A stretch of 64,000 nucleotides of DNA from Sodalis sp. (in: enterobacteria) (GTDB taxonomy: Bacteria > Pseudomonadota > Gammaproteobacteria > Enterobacterales > Enterobacteriaceae), in NCBI RefSeq assembly GCF_051710625.1, contig NZ_JBPESN010000001.1, positions 2,946 through 66,945 on the forward strand, read 5' to 3'. The notes below the pieces were generated by a model, which saw only the letters and a program-made list of their open reading frames with translations, was not told the origin of the DNA and made no database searches. This document shows, in pieces, positions 10,353 to 22,607 of this stretch. Position 1 is the first letter of the stretch; every line of letters begins with the position of its first letter. The position numbers were made by a program, and so were the translations under genes.

Positions 10353-10806
10353 TGCAACCGTCGCTGCAGCCCGATTACGCCGAGGGGCAGGCGCTGCTGC
10401 CGGAGTCAGTGCAGCAGATTGCCGGCCTGATAGGCTTTCCGGGCCACCGAGGCGCTTATTCGTCATTTCGGCGGGGTGCCGTTCCGCATCGGCAAGGGAT
10501 TGCGCGGCGCGGGGGAGCGACGCATTGCCCTGCTGCAGGAAGTTCTGACGCCCTCTCAGGTGGCGCTGCTGATGCGCCATTTTGGCGGCGAGGAGCTGTA
10601 TGTCCACCGCTGTGATAAAGCGTGGCGCGCCTAGCGCAACCGCTGCTTTCTGGCTGAGCTGGACCGGCTGCTGGCTGAAGGGAAGTCCACCACCATGGCC
10701 CTTGACGCTATTGTGCCCGCGCTATGGCATCGTCGCGACCCGCGCCCGCGAACTGGTGCGCCAGCGTCAGGCGGGGTCACCGCCCGAGCAACCCACCCTG
10801 TTCTGA
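10352..10806 (+). pseudogene. mor: Mor/C-family transcription activator, frameshifted
   Basis: Fragments across three frames: LPESVQQIAGLIG, TEALIRHFGGVPFRIGKG..., LLMRHFGGEELYV, and RNRCFLAELDRLLAEGKSTTMALDAIVPRYG. The position after gemA matches Mu. Confidence 0.55.
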
Positions 10807-10809
10807 GTA

Positions 10810-10825
10810 TTACCCTCTACGCCCC
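10810..10825 (+). promoter_or_regulatory. Copy 1 of a conserved TTACCC(T/C)CTAC(G/A)CCC motif (candidate late-promoter/activator site), upstream of the endolysin
   Basis: The same 15-nt core occurs at 18317 and 19857, each time ahead of a late-gene block. Confidence 0.35.
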
Positions 10826-10874
10826 GTCATCAGCACCGCCGATCACCTTGCGCCACAACCTTGCGCCACAATAG

Positions 10875-10898
10875 CCTCATGTTCTGCATGAGGTTTTT
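10875..10898 (+). terminator. Terminator-like hairpin (CCTCATG-TTCTG-CATGAGG plus T5) abutting the endolysin start codon
   Basis: 7-bp stem, 5-nt loop, then TTTTT immediately before the ATG at 10899. The 3' arm contains the only GAGG Shine-Dalgarno candidate. Confidence 0.35.
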
Positions 10899-11380
10899 AT
10901 GTCCCTCGCCATTCATCGCATCATTATTCACTGTGCCACCACACCCAATGGGCGCGTCCTGGGCCGGGACAACGAAAACGCCGCCCAGGTGATTGACCGC
11001 TGGCACCGGGCGCGCGGTTTTCACCGTGACGCCCCGGCCAATGATAACGGCCGGACCAGCATTGGCTACCATGGGGTGATTGACGCTGACGGTCAGTGGC
11101 TGACCAGGCGCGATGTGGAAGAAGTGGGTGCCCATGTGCGCGGCCATAACGCCGATTCGCTGGGTCTCTGCCTGTGGTGGGCACCGACCAGTTTACGTCG
11201 GCGCAGTGGGCCGTGCTGTGCACCCAGGTATTGACACTGCGTGTGCACTGTCCCGAAGCCGCTCTGCACGGTCACCACAATGAATTTTCCAGCAGGCTGT
11301 GCCCAAGATTTTCAATACCGGCCTGGGCGTCGGGGAACTTCGCGCCGCTGCGCGGCCATCTGTGTGAGCGTATTTTATGA
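10899..11380 (+). pseudogene. N-acetylmuramoyl-L-alanine amidase endolysin (T7-lysozyme/PGRP type), frameshifted
   Basis: IIIHCATTP...IDRWHRARGF...IGYHGVID.DG...GAHVRGHNADSLG is the Amidase_2 pattern. The frame changes near 11170. Confidence 0.75.
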
Positions 11381-12199
11381 TGGCGCGTCTGGCCGAGCTG
11401 GTCAGCAATCCCGAGGGGCGGCTGTCGACCTCGGATGTGATTGTCGTCGGCGGGTTTCTGGTCAGCTCCCTGGTGGTGCCGGACTGTTGCCTGGAGTCGT
11501 CAGGAGACCGACCTGACGCTCGGGGTCTATCTCGACGCCTGGTCACCCATGGCAGCGTCGCCCGCTTTACGCCGGACGGCGCGCCCGTAAACAGGGAGAT
11601 GCTAATGACACGGCTACTCGCACTGATTAAGTTCATTCTCCGTCCGTGGTGGATAGTCGTACTGGTTGCCGCTCTGGCCGGTGGTGCAGACTACTGGCGC
11701 GGCACACAGCAGGCCAGGCTGGTTGCCCAGGCAACACTGGCCACCCGGCAGGCCGAGTGTGAAGCTCGACAACGCCAGCAGGCGCAGGTCACACAACAGG
11801 CGCTGAAAACCGCCCTGACCCGGCAGCAACAGCTGCAGGGGGCCAATGACCGGCTCAGTGCGTAGCTGGAAACCACACAAGCACGCCCTGACGCTAAAAA
11901 CCCAACAGTTACACAGGAGTATTGCCTATGCGGTGGCCCATGATGGCGCTGCTTATACCGGTCTGGGACCTGATGGGCTGCAGCGCTACCGCGCCGCCCT
12001 CGGCTACCCCGCCGACGATAATACTCTGCCTTGTCCGCGTCCGCCGGTTAACCTGCTGGTGTTGCCGCCCATGTCGCCACACCGCCTCCCTCCTGTAAAG
12101 GGGCTTGGCCCGGAGGCGTTGCTTGCACCACGCCAGCGACTACGGGGCCTGGTGTCTGACCCTGCGAGCCCAGCTGCAGGCGATAAACGCTTTCTATAG
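11377..12199 (+). pseudogene. Lysis accessory region: small membrane ORF plus Rz-like i-spanin, frameshifted
   Basis: Has a TM segment (LRPWWIVVLVAALAGG), a Q/A/R-rich coiled coil, and a continuation in another frame (LETTQ...DGLQRYRAALGY). Confidence 0.45.
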
Positions 12200-12219
12200 C
12201 GCACAGGAGAGACCACGCG

Positions 12220-12462
12220 ATGAGCCTTGATCTGGCCTTCAATATTGCCCTGAGCCTGCTATCGGCGCTCGGCGGCCTGTGGCTTAAAAGCGTCAGTGAA
12301 GAACTTCGCCGCCTGCAGTATGAACTGACCCAAGTACGGCAGGACTATCAGCGGCGTAAGGATGCACAGCGCGACCTGCAGCTAATGACCGGCATGATGC
12401 AGGACATCAAGGATAGTATTCAACATATCGATAACAAGCTCGACCGCAAGGCCGACAAATAA
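12220..12462 (+). CDS. Hypothetical membrane/coiled-coil phage protein
   Basis: 80-aa ORF with an N-terminal TM segment followed by a coiled coil. Its position corresponds to Mu gp25/26. Confidence 0.4.
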   Translation: MSLDLAFNIALSLLSALGGLWLKSVSEELRRLQYELTQVRQDYQRRKDAQRDLQLMTGMMQDIKDSIQHIDNKLDRKADK

Positions 12463-12477
12463 CGAGGAGCCTGATTC

Positions 12478-12621
12478 ATGAAACCACAGGATGTGATGTC
12501 GCCGGTGCTGGCAGAGCTGCGCACCATTCGTACCCAGCTCGACGGTATCAACCGCCGCCTTGACCGCCTGCAGATGAAGGGCGCACGGGCCGACGCTCAT
12601 ACGGGCGCGACTGGGGGTGTA
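12478..12621 (+). CDS. Hypothetical small phage protein (end uncertain)
   Basis: Coiled-coil N-part (LAELRTIRTQLDGINRRLDRLQ). The ORF runs without a stop into the next gene, so a stop has probably been lost. Confidence 0.3.
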
Positions 12622-13124
12622 ATGGCGCATTCCAGGGCCACCCCACCAGGGGCTGCGGCGGGCTTATGTGTTCGGCAACCCGTCTCTGGAGCGGGCGGCA
12701 ATCCAGTGCGGCGTCAGTGTGCATTCCGCCCGGCGCTGGAAAAAAAGAGACGCTGAACAGTGGCGATGACTGGGAGGTGATACGCAGCGCCCATCTGCTG
12801 GCCAACGGCGCGCCGGAAGATATCGCGCGCGCCATCCTGACCAACCTGATGGCGCAGTTTCAGGAGACACTGAAAAAAGTCAACCTGGCTGACACATTGA
12901 GTGCCCCAGAGCGGGTTGAGCTGCTAGCACGCTTAACGGATGCGTGGAGCAAGTCCATTGCCGCCAGCAAAAAAAGCCTGCCCGAGACCAGCCAGTTGGC
13001 CACCGCCATGGAGACCCTGAAGCTGCTCTCGGCGTTTATTCAGGACAAACACCCCCGACATCTGGCGGCGTTTGTTGACATTCTTGAGGCTTTCGGGCCG
13101 GTATTGGAAAAACATTATGGCTAA
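12622..13124 (+). pseudogene. Mu gp27-like (DUF1804, small terminase-like) protein, frameshifted
   Basis: MAHSRAT..., then YVFGNPSLERAAIQCGVSVHSARRWKKR in another frame, then the 12666-13124 ORF. The family call is from memory. Confidence 0.5.
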
Positions 13125-13526
13125 TCAATTTGTTGAAATCCGGGATGACGTGGCCGTTATCGCCGGGGAAATCACCAAGGTTTGGGTCAGCAACGGCGGC
13201 GAGGTGTTTCTCAAGCTGCGCGATGGCGCGGTGCATGCCGTGGATGTCGCCTATGGCGAAACACCCTTCAGGCGTCAACTCACATCAAAAACCAGATAGA
13301 GGCGGCGCTGGCATTGAAGCAGCTGGTCAAGCTGTTGCCGGGCGCGCACCTCGACCCGGCCGAGATCAGCGTGGTCAGGGTCGCCGGCGAGAATGTGTCT
13401 GTCGGTCTGGACGGCGGTGCACATTTTTTATGTTTGGCGAGCGTCGCCGGCAGCGTTGACACGGTGGCAGAGACCCTGGTGTCGCGCATCAATGCGGTAC
13501 TGGCTGAGCGCCATCATGGCGTGTAA
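13117..13526 (+). pseudogene. Hypothetical phage protein, frameshifted
   Basis: Two overlapping frames (13117-13299 and 13300-13526) that read as one product. Confidence 0.3.
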
Positions 13527-13556
13527 ACCGCGTTTACCGGGGATTTAAAGCGAAAT

Positions 13557-15151
13557 ATGGCGGCGAAATTTTCCATCCGTGAATTCCAGCACTCGCTGGC
13601 TGCGCTGGCGTCCAGCCTGCGCCGCACCATCAAAGCCGAATGCCTGGGTTTTAATACCGGGGCGGAAGCCATGGCGACGCGGTGTTCACAGGTGGCCGAC
13701 CCGGTGAACGGCTATCGCTATTTTGTGCAGACCTATTTTCCGCACTATAATCCGCCATGCAGACCCCAGTGAACTGCATGGCTATCTGTTTCAGCGGCTG
13801 CCACAAGATAGTCGCTAGCCCGAAAGGCGAGCAGGACGCCATCGCCGCGCCGCGCGGAGAGGCCAAGTCAACGCTGGTCAGACAGCTGTTTGTGCTGTGG
13901 TGTCTGGTACGTGGCATCAAGCACTATGCCCTGATAGTAATGGACTCCATCGACCAGGCGTACCCGATACTCGAAGCCATCAAGGCCGAGCTGGAATTTA
14001 GCCCCCGGTTGCGAACCGGCTTCCCCGAAGCCTGCGGTGTCGGTCGCGTCTGGCAGATGGGCACCATCCTGACGCGCAATGATATCAAGGTGCAGGTGGC
14101 CGACAGCGGCAAAAAGCTGTGCGGGTTGCGCCACGGGCCGTACCGCCCTGACCTGGTGATACTGGACGATATTGAGAACGACGAGCAGGTGCGCAACCGG
14201 GACTGGAAAGCTGGCTGAGAAAAACTGTACTGCCGCTGGGCGGCGTGGGCGCAAAACTCGATGTGGTGTATATCGGCACCATCCTGCATTACGACTCGCT
14301 GTTATCACGCACCCTGAATAACCCATTGTGGCGGCAGGCACGGTTTAAGGCCCTGCGCCAGTGGCCGGTGAACCTGTCGCTGTGGGAGGCCGCGACGCAG
14401 GATTTTTATACGTCACACAGTACCGAGATGGAGGAAGGCGCGGAAGTCTCCTGGTCCGCCCGTTCGCTGCTGACCCTGATGCATATCCGCGGCCGGGACG
14501 CGGTCACGCCACCTTTGACGCCGAGTACCAGAATGACCCGGTCAGCGGTGAGGATGCGCCGTTTGCCCACGGCCTGCATTTCTGGGTCAGCCGGCTTAAC
14601 GAGTGGGTCTTCTACGGGGCCTGCGACCCCAGCCTCGGCAAGGCCGGGGCTAGCCGTGACCCGTCAGCGCTGCTGGTCGGCGGTTTTAATCGCACCACCG
14701 GGTGCTGGATGTGGTGGAAGCGCAGATACGCAAGCGGCTGCCGGACGTCATTATCAGCAACATCATCGCCCTGCAAAAGAAATAGCACTACCTGGTCTGG
14801 GATATTGAGGCGGTGCAGTTCCAGGAGTTCCTGCGCACCGAGCTGATTAAACGCGCGGCACGGCTGGATCACCCGGTGTCGGCGCGGGCCATTATCTCCC
14901 ATGCCGACAAGCCGTTACGTATCGGGACCCTGCAGCCCCATATAGAAAACGGGCTTATCCGGCTGCACGCCAGCTATACCACCCTGATACAACAGCTGCG
15001 CCACTTTCCCCGCGCCGACCATGACGACGGCTCGGATGCGCTGCACACGCTCTGGACGCTGGCCATGACCCACGGCCCGAAAACTGAATACCGCTCATTG
15101 TCCGGTGACCGTCACCCCGGACGGCTGGGCTTTTCCTGTGGAGGCTGGTAA
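13557..15151 (+). pseudogene. Large terminase subunit (Mu gp28-like), multiply frameshifted
   Basis: Fragments at 13557-13772, 13757-14218, 14245-14808 and 14813-15151, with a Walker-like PRGEAKST and LVILDDIEND. Confidence 0.75.
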
Positions 15152-16667
15152 TGGGCATGCTCACCGATATTTACGGCCGGTTGTTGCGCCGGCGCACCCT
15201 GACGCAGCCACAGACTGCCGATGACCGCCACCTGCGTTATCAACAACTGACCGAGCATCCCTCGCTGGGCATCGATATCCGCCGGGTGTATGACATCCTG
15301 AGCGAGCCCGAACAGGGACATCTGGTGCGCCAGGCTGACCCGTTTTTTGATATGGATGAGCACGATGGCCATCTGTTTGCCGAGATGAGCAAGCGGCGCC
15401 GTTCGGTGATGCCGCTCGCCTGGCGCATTGTGCCGCCGCGTCATCCCAGCTCACAGGAAAAAACTATGGCGGACGCCGCGACGGAATGGTTTTCAGACCT
15501 GTCGGAGTTTGAAACGCTGCTGTTCGACTTGCTGGACGCCATTGGTCACGGCTTTGCCGCCGTGGAAATCGGCTGGAAACAGGCGGAAAATATCTGGCTG
15601 CCCTGCGCCTTCTACAAGCGCCAGCAACGCTGGTTCCAGACCGCGACCCATAACCGTAACGCCATCCGCCTGATTGACGGCAGCCTCGACGGCGCTGAGC
15701 TTAACCTCTTCGGCTGGCTGCTGCACCGTCACCAGGCCAAAAGCGGCCTGTTCCGGGTACTGGTATGGACCTACCTGTTCAAGAATATTGCCGCCCGTGA
15801 CCCGGCAGGGTTTCTGGAAATCTACGGCCTGCCGACGCGGGTGGACACCTATTCCGACGGGGCCAGCGAGGAAGAGAAAAACATGCTGCTGTGGGCGCTG
15901 CGCGACCTGGGGCATAACGCCGGCGGCATTATCCACGAACGCGCCGCTATCCGCTTTGAGTCCGCTGCACAAAGGCAGGTCGACCCCTTCCAGTATATGA
16001 TGCATTGGTGCGAAAGCAGCCAGTCCAAGGTCGTTCTGGGCGGGCACCCTGACCACCCAAGCGGACGGCAAGAGCAGCACCAATACCCTGGGCAACGTAC
16101 ATAACGAGGTGCGCCATGAGCTGACCGCCAGTGATGCGGTGCAGCTGGCCGGTACGCTGACCCGCGACCTGCCTTACCCGTTGCTCAAGCTTAACGGCTA
16201 TAGCAATATCACCCCGCGCCGCATGCGCCGCTTTGACTTTGAGTTTGATACCCGCCAGCCACGCGATATGAAGGAGACCGCCGAGACCTTGGATCTCCTG
16301 GTGCGCAGCGGCGTGCCGGCGCCGCTGGCCTGGGCGCCGGCGGAAAGCGGCATTCCCACAGCCCGGGACGACGAGCCCCTGCTGCAGCCGCCGGGCAACC
16401 TGCCGACCTTTAGCGGGCCAGGCTGATGCCGAAGTGCTAAGCGGGCATGGCGGCGCTGAGCGTTGCGCACACGCCTACCGCCACCGAGCAGGCCCTAGAA
16501 GACGCCCCCGGCGGACTGGCAACGCCGGTCAACCAGACCATGCAGACGCTGCTGACCCCGCTGGCCCGCCCTTGCAGCAGGGGCAGACGCCGGAGGCGGT
16601 GACCGTCATGCTGGCGGAAGCCTGGCCCCAGCTTGACGACCAAACCTTGCGGCAGCTGATAGCCTAG
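15151..16667 (+). pseudogene. Portal protein (Mu gp29/DUF935-like), frameshifted
   Basis: A 317-aa N-part followed by the 16109-16426 and 16434-16667 frames. The TAATG start overlaps the terminase stop. Confidence 0.7.
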
Positions 16668-16702
16668 GCCATTTTTGTCGCGGAGATCTGGGGGGCGACT
16701 TA

Positions 16703-17731
16703 ATGACCGTTGACCTGGGCTATGCCACGACCCTGACGCCGGAAAAGGCGGTGGCGCATTTTGAATCAAAGGGCTACGCCTTCGGTTTTCGCTGGCAGGA
16801 CATGGCCGACGAGGCGCACGCCCGTGCCTTTTACGGTGGCGGGTATTCTTAAGCCGGATGTGTTAACTGACATGAAAACCGCGCTGGCGGACAGCTTGCG
16901 CCACGGCAAGACACTGACACAGTTCCAGGATGAGGTCTTACCTTACTTCAGCGCAAGGGTTGACTGGGCAAAGGGCTAAAAGTCTCAGCAGACGGCGAGC
17001 TGGAGGGGAAAAAGCTGTTGCCTTACCGACTGGAGACTATTTTTCGCACCAATACCTAGTCTGTTTATATGGCCGGACACTATCAGCGGCTGCGCGAGAA
17101 CGTCGAGCAGCTTGCACGTCACCCCATCGGACTGGAGTCCACCGACGACTATCGCGTCACGGTTGACCAGCCGCAGGGCGTGAACGGCAAGACGCGACCG
17201 GCGACAGGATTGAAAGACCCCAAAACCGGCCACGCCCATGTATTTACCCCGGATGCAGGCTTTCATCTGAGCCCCGGCAAAGGCTACCTCAGCCACCTCG
17301 GCGAGCAGCTGCTCAACCGCGCCGATACCCGGCTAGCAGCGCAGGCGGTAAAGGAAACGCTGGACCACCCGGCGTTGCTTCATGCCCTCAACCGCGATAC
17401 CGGTATCTGGGTCAGTCAGATGATGGCCCGGCAGCAGGCACACGGCGACGTTCGCCTTGTCGGCGCATTGCGGCCTGCCGTGGTGGACACGCTGTTCTGC
17501 AAAGGCGCGGTGCCGGACTCGGTAGTGATTACCCTGACGGACGCCAACCTGCTGCTCGCCACTCGCGACAGCAAGCAGGGCGCGCTGCCGACTACCTTCT
17601 TCTTGCTTCTGGGCGACCCTGGTATCATCGCTGCGCCAGCCGCGCGCGATTATCTACGACCGACAGCAGCCGATGCCGGACTTGAACCGGATCATGCTGG
17701 CAGCGCGACAGCAACCGTTACCCATTGGTAA
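16703..17731 (+). pseudogene. Mu F (gp30)-like head morphogenesis protein, frameshifted
   Basis: MTVDLGYATTLTPEKAVAHFESKGYAFGFRWQDM..., then several frames ending with the 17069-17731 ORF. Confidence 0.6.
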
Positions 17732-17757
17732 CAACCACACTGTCATGAGTATACACC

Positions 17758-18157
17758 ATGATTGACGTCACGATCACTGTTCCCGATACCCTGCGACAAG
17801 CCCTTGAGCGGCTGTCACAGTCCCTGAGACACCGCCAGCCGTTAATGCGCACCCTCGGTGAAGACCTGTGTGACGCGGTGATGGAGAATTTCGAGCAGGA
17901 ATGCCGCCTGCGCTGGCTGCCCATTGACCGCGCCGGCAAAATCCTGCAGCAATCAGGGCGGCACCACCCGGCCCATATCATTTGCCCCCGCTATAATAAA
18001 GGCGCTGGTTTTTAACGGTCGGGTGGTAAAACCCGCCAATCATCCCGCCTCAACGATACGAGAGCGGTTCTTTCTCAGTTTCGGTCTGACCGGCCAAGAC
18101 TATCAGGCCCTGGTGCACACCGTCAATGATTACCTTCAGCGCGCGCTAGACGAGTAA
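17758..18157 (+). pseudogene. Mu G (gp31)-like virion morphogenesis protein, frameshifted
   Basis: Covers ORFs 17758-18015 and 17924-18157. The call rests on position and size after the F-like gene. Confidence 0.45.
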
Positions 18158-18316
18158 CACTCTGTAAAGGCCGTGGCGCGTTTTTTGATAGTCAGGCAGG
18201 CGGGGGTGATGCGGGTGAAACCGCGTTAAGCGATTCTGGAGCGATTTAAATGGGTTTTAAACGGGGTATCGCCGCCCACGTCAGCGGTGTAGTCTGATGA
18301 CAGTCCGTTTGTACTC

Positions 18317-18331
18317 TTACCCCCTACACCC
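18317..18331 (+). promoter_or_regulatory. Copy 2 of the TTACCC(T/C)CTAC(G/A)CCC motif, 87 nt upstream of the protease/scaffold gene
   Basis: TTACCCCCTACACCC, read directly. Its distance to the start codon is similar to copy 1 (89 nt). Confidence 0.35.
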
Positions 18332-18403
18332 TCGTTACGACGAGATACCCGACGCCCAGATTAGACTGTTTCCCATGAATACACTTTCTGGGACCGCCAC
18401 CGC

Positions 18404-19340
18404 GTGAAAAACACCGTCCGCCTTGCCGCACTGACCGTGGCGCTGGAGAGCGCCGGTACCCGTGTCCAGCTGTTTCCGGCCGGCACCTTTCGCTCGCGGG
18501 ATACACGCCCCACCGACGTGGCGCACTGGCGGCTGGAGGAACCGCGGGCCCGGAGGCTGATTAACGCTGCCCAGGCGCGCCTGACGCCGTACCACTTTGA
18601 CTATGAGCACCAGGCTACCCATGCCCGATGCCCGGGGAAATGGCCAGCCCGCGCCGGCCGCCGGCTGGTATTCGCAGCTGGAATGGGTCGAGGGCCTGGG
18701 GCTGTTTGCGGTGGATGTCGAATGGACTGAGCGTGCCCGCACCCTGATTGCCGCCGGGGAGTACCGCTTTGTCTCCCCGCTGTTTCAGTACGACAGGCAG
18801 GGCAATGTGCCCTTGCCTGGTGAATGCCGCGCTGACCAACGTGCCGGCGCTTGACGGTATGGTGGCGCTGCTGGCGGCGACGTCACAACAACTCACGGGA
18901 GAAAATAACGTGGATGAACTGTTAGAACAACTACACTGGATGCTGAATCTGCCGCTGTCGGCCACGCCTGAGGAAATGACGGTTGAGCTGAAAAAACTCA
19001 TTGATCGCCTGTCGGGCGGACAAGGGACGGCGGCCGCCCGCATCAATCTGCTGTCGCTGCTTGGCGAGAAGGATAACCAGATTGCCGCGCTATCACAGCA
19101 GACCAGCACGCCCCCTGATCCGGCTACCTATGCCCCGGTCAGCGTGGCCAATGAGCTGCGTGAGCACCTGGCCACCCATCAGCCGATTGCCGCGCTGTCG
19201 CGGCTACAGACCGGCGGCAACGCGTCGGCTGGGTGTCGAGGCGCGGCCATCGCCCCTGGGCGCGCACTGGATGTGCCGGCGCTAGCCGGGGAGAGTACGC
19301 CGGACGTGGGGCTGTTCCAGCACTACGGCCTGACCTCGGC
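18404..19340 (+). pseudogene. Mu I protease / Z scaffold-like gene, frameshifted and 3'-truncated by an internal prophage deletion
   Basis: VQLFPAGTFRSRD...YHFDYEHQ... and GWYSQLEWVEGLGLFAVDVEWTERARTLIAAGEYRFVSPLF fit the Mu-like prophage I pattern. The downstream head and tail genes are absent. Confidence 0.6.
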
Positions 19341-19351
19341 CGGCCGGCACC

Positions 19352-19830
19352 ATGGCGGTGGTGTTGCCGGTGGGCGGCCGTACCCGCCATAGTATCGTGA
19401 TTGCCACCGAACACAGCACCTACCGTCTGCAAGGACTGGCAAACAGCGAGGTGGCGCTCTACAGTGACGAAGGCGCCAAAATCGTTATCCGGCGCGAAAG
19501 AATTATCGAGATGGAATGCGACGAGTATCGGGTTAAATGCAAACGCTATCAGGCTCAGGCCGAAGAGCGCGCCGGCTTCGAGACGCCGATGCTGTCAACC
19601 TCACAGGCACTGACCGCCGAGGGGCCTATCAACGGCCACAGCGGTATGACGATTAGCGGCGGCGACGGCGCGGTGACGCGCCTTGCGGGGGGGGGGAGGT
19701 ATTGAGTACCAGGGCGGCACCCCTGCGCAGCGGCGAGGTGGAAATCAACGGCATCCGGTAAAGTGGACACAGGCACCTGACACCTTCCGGGCTGTCCGAC
19801 GGACCGGTTAACGGGTAGGATAGCGTCGCG
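19352..19830 (+). pseudogene. Baseplate spike/assembly protein V (Mu gp45-like), N-terminally truncated and frameshifted
   Basis: VVLPVGG...SIVIATEH..YR...EVALYSDEG. A G10 run at 19687-19696 sits where the frame changes. The tail (IEYQGG...SGHRHLTPSG) is in other frames. Confidence 0.55.
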
Positions 19831-19856
19831 GCCCGCGACGCACACCACCGTACCAG

Positions 19857-19871
19857 TTACCCTCTACGCCC
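19857..19871 (+). promoter_or_regulatory. Copy 3 of the TTACCC(T/C)CTAC(G/A)CCC motif, 57 nt upstream of the gp46-like gene
   Basis: TTACCCTCTACGCCC, read directly. A degenerate extra copy, TTACCCTGACGCC, follows at about 19899. Confidence 0.35.
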
Positions 19872-19913
19872 GCGTCACTCCTCCCGCCCCGTCGCCTACC
19901 TTACCCTGACGCC

Positions 19914-20290
19914 ATGGACGCACTGATTGACAGCCAGACCGGTGATTAATTACACCGGCACTCGCACCACTGACCTGCATAAACGCGGTCTACCTACGCC
20001 TGATGGCGCCGCGCGGGTAATATTGGGCTGATCTGCAGCTGGGCTCACGTTTGTACGAACTGGCGCGGGCCAAAGACTCGGCCACCACCCGGCGACTGGC
20101 CCAGCAATATGCCGAACAGGCATTGCAACCACTGCTGGCCGATAACTGCGCCCGCCGCATTGACGTCCGAGTTAGCCGTCCGGCACAAGGTGACTTGCGG
20201 CTGCATATCGACGTCGTGGCCGCCAACGGCAATTTGCAAACCTTTACTCACCCGGTAAAAGGTCATTTAAACGGAATATCCCCATGGCGT
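19914..20290 (+). pseudogene. Mu gp46-family baseplate protein, frameshifted
   Basis: MDALIDSQTGD..., then YELARAKDSATTRRLAQQYAEQALQPLL...DVRVSRP...LRLHIDV (ORF 20051-20398). Confidence 0.5.
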
Positions 20291-20368
20291 ACAGCACACC
20301 CCCACTTATACCGAGATTGCCGACACGCTCTTGCGCGATATCCGCAACCAGTTGCCCGACGCCGATAC
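20284..20368 (+). pseudogene. Baseplate J (Mu gp47-like), first ~28 codons only, cut by an IS
   Basis: MAYSTPPLIPRLPTRSCAISATSCPTPI, where one frameshift restores ...EIADTLLRDIRNQLPDADT, ends at the IS terminal TG at 20369. Confidence 0.5.
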
Positions 20369-21617
<1,249 letters not shown>

Positions 21618-21700
21618 CTTCTTTTCATTGGTGCACCCGTGCTGTTCTGAGGTGAGCATATCACCTCTGTTCAGGTGGCCAAATTCAGTGTGCCACTACA
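21618..21700 (-). mobile_element. 83-bp inverted fragment of an IS911-like left end (IRL plus the first orfA codons) abutting copy 1
   Basis: CTTCTTTTCATTGGTGCACCC...GGTGGCCAAATTCAGTGTGCCACTACA is the reverse complement of the first 83 nt of the IS. Confidence 0.85.
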
Positions 21701-21785
21701 CTTGGCGATCGAAGTAATTAATGGTGATAGCGATAAAGAGCAGGGCGCAGATACGCCATCGATAATGCACTAAACCGGTTTTCAT
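21701..21785 (-). pseudogene. N-terminal ~28 codons of an ACS-family MFS transporter, truncated by the IS fragment
   Basis: MKTGLVHYRWRICALLFIAITINYFDRQ matches the usual RW.I..L.F....INY.DR start of anion:cation symporters. Confidence 0.5.
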
Positions 21786-21910
21786 AGTGATTACCTTCGA
21801 AGTGATACTGACGTCAGATAAAAAGATCGTCGCGTAATGGCATAACGCGTTATCGGCCGCAGACCGGTGCCCCCATTGCGAGGCGACGTTATCATTGCTT
21901 GTTAGACGCC

Positions 21911-22566
<656 letters not shown>

Positions 22567-22587
22567 AATGTTCCTCTTAATTATTAT

Positions 22588-22607
22588 GTAACGAACTTGT
22601 TCGTTAC
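22588..22607. promoter_or_regulatory. Perfect 9-2-9 palindrome GTAACGAACTTGTTCGTTAC, candidate TetR operator
   Basis: Read directly. It lies 22 nt upstream of the crotonase start, in the intergenic region shared with the divergent TetR gene. Confidence 0.4.

Larger units (their letters stand above)
3426..20368 (+). mobile_element. Mu-like prophage 1, heavily degraded and truncated on the right by an IS
   Basis: Gene order is TG terminus, repressor, ner, A, B, early ORFs, gemA, mor, endolysin, spanin, gp27-like, terminase, portal, F, G, I/Z, then a jump to gp45-gp46-gp47'. This is Mu order. Nearly every gene is frameshifted. Head, sheath, tube and tape-measure genes are missing. Confidence 0.85.

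Noticed and set aside
19823-19841. A GC-rich perfect hairpin, GCGTCGCGG-C-CCGCGACGC, as a terminator between gp45 and gp46.
   Set aside because: A single-nucleotide loop is sterically implausible and there is no T-run. It also lies within the decayed 3' part of the gp45-like gene.
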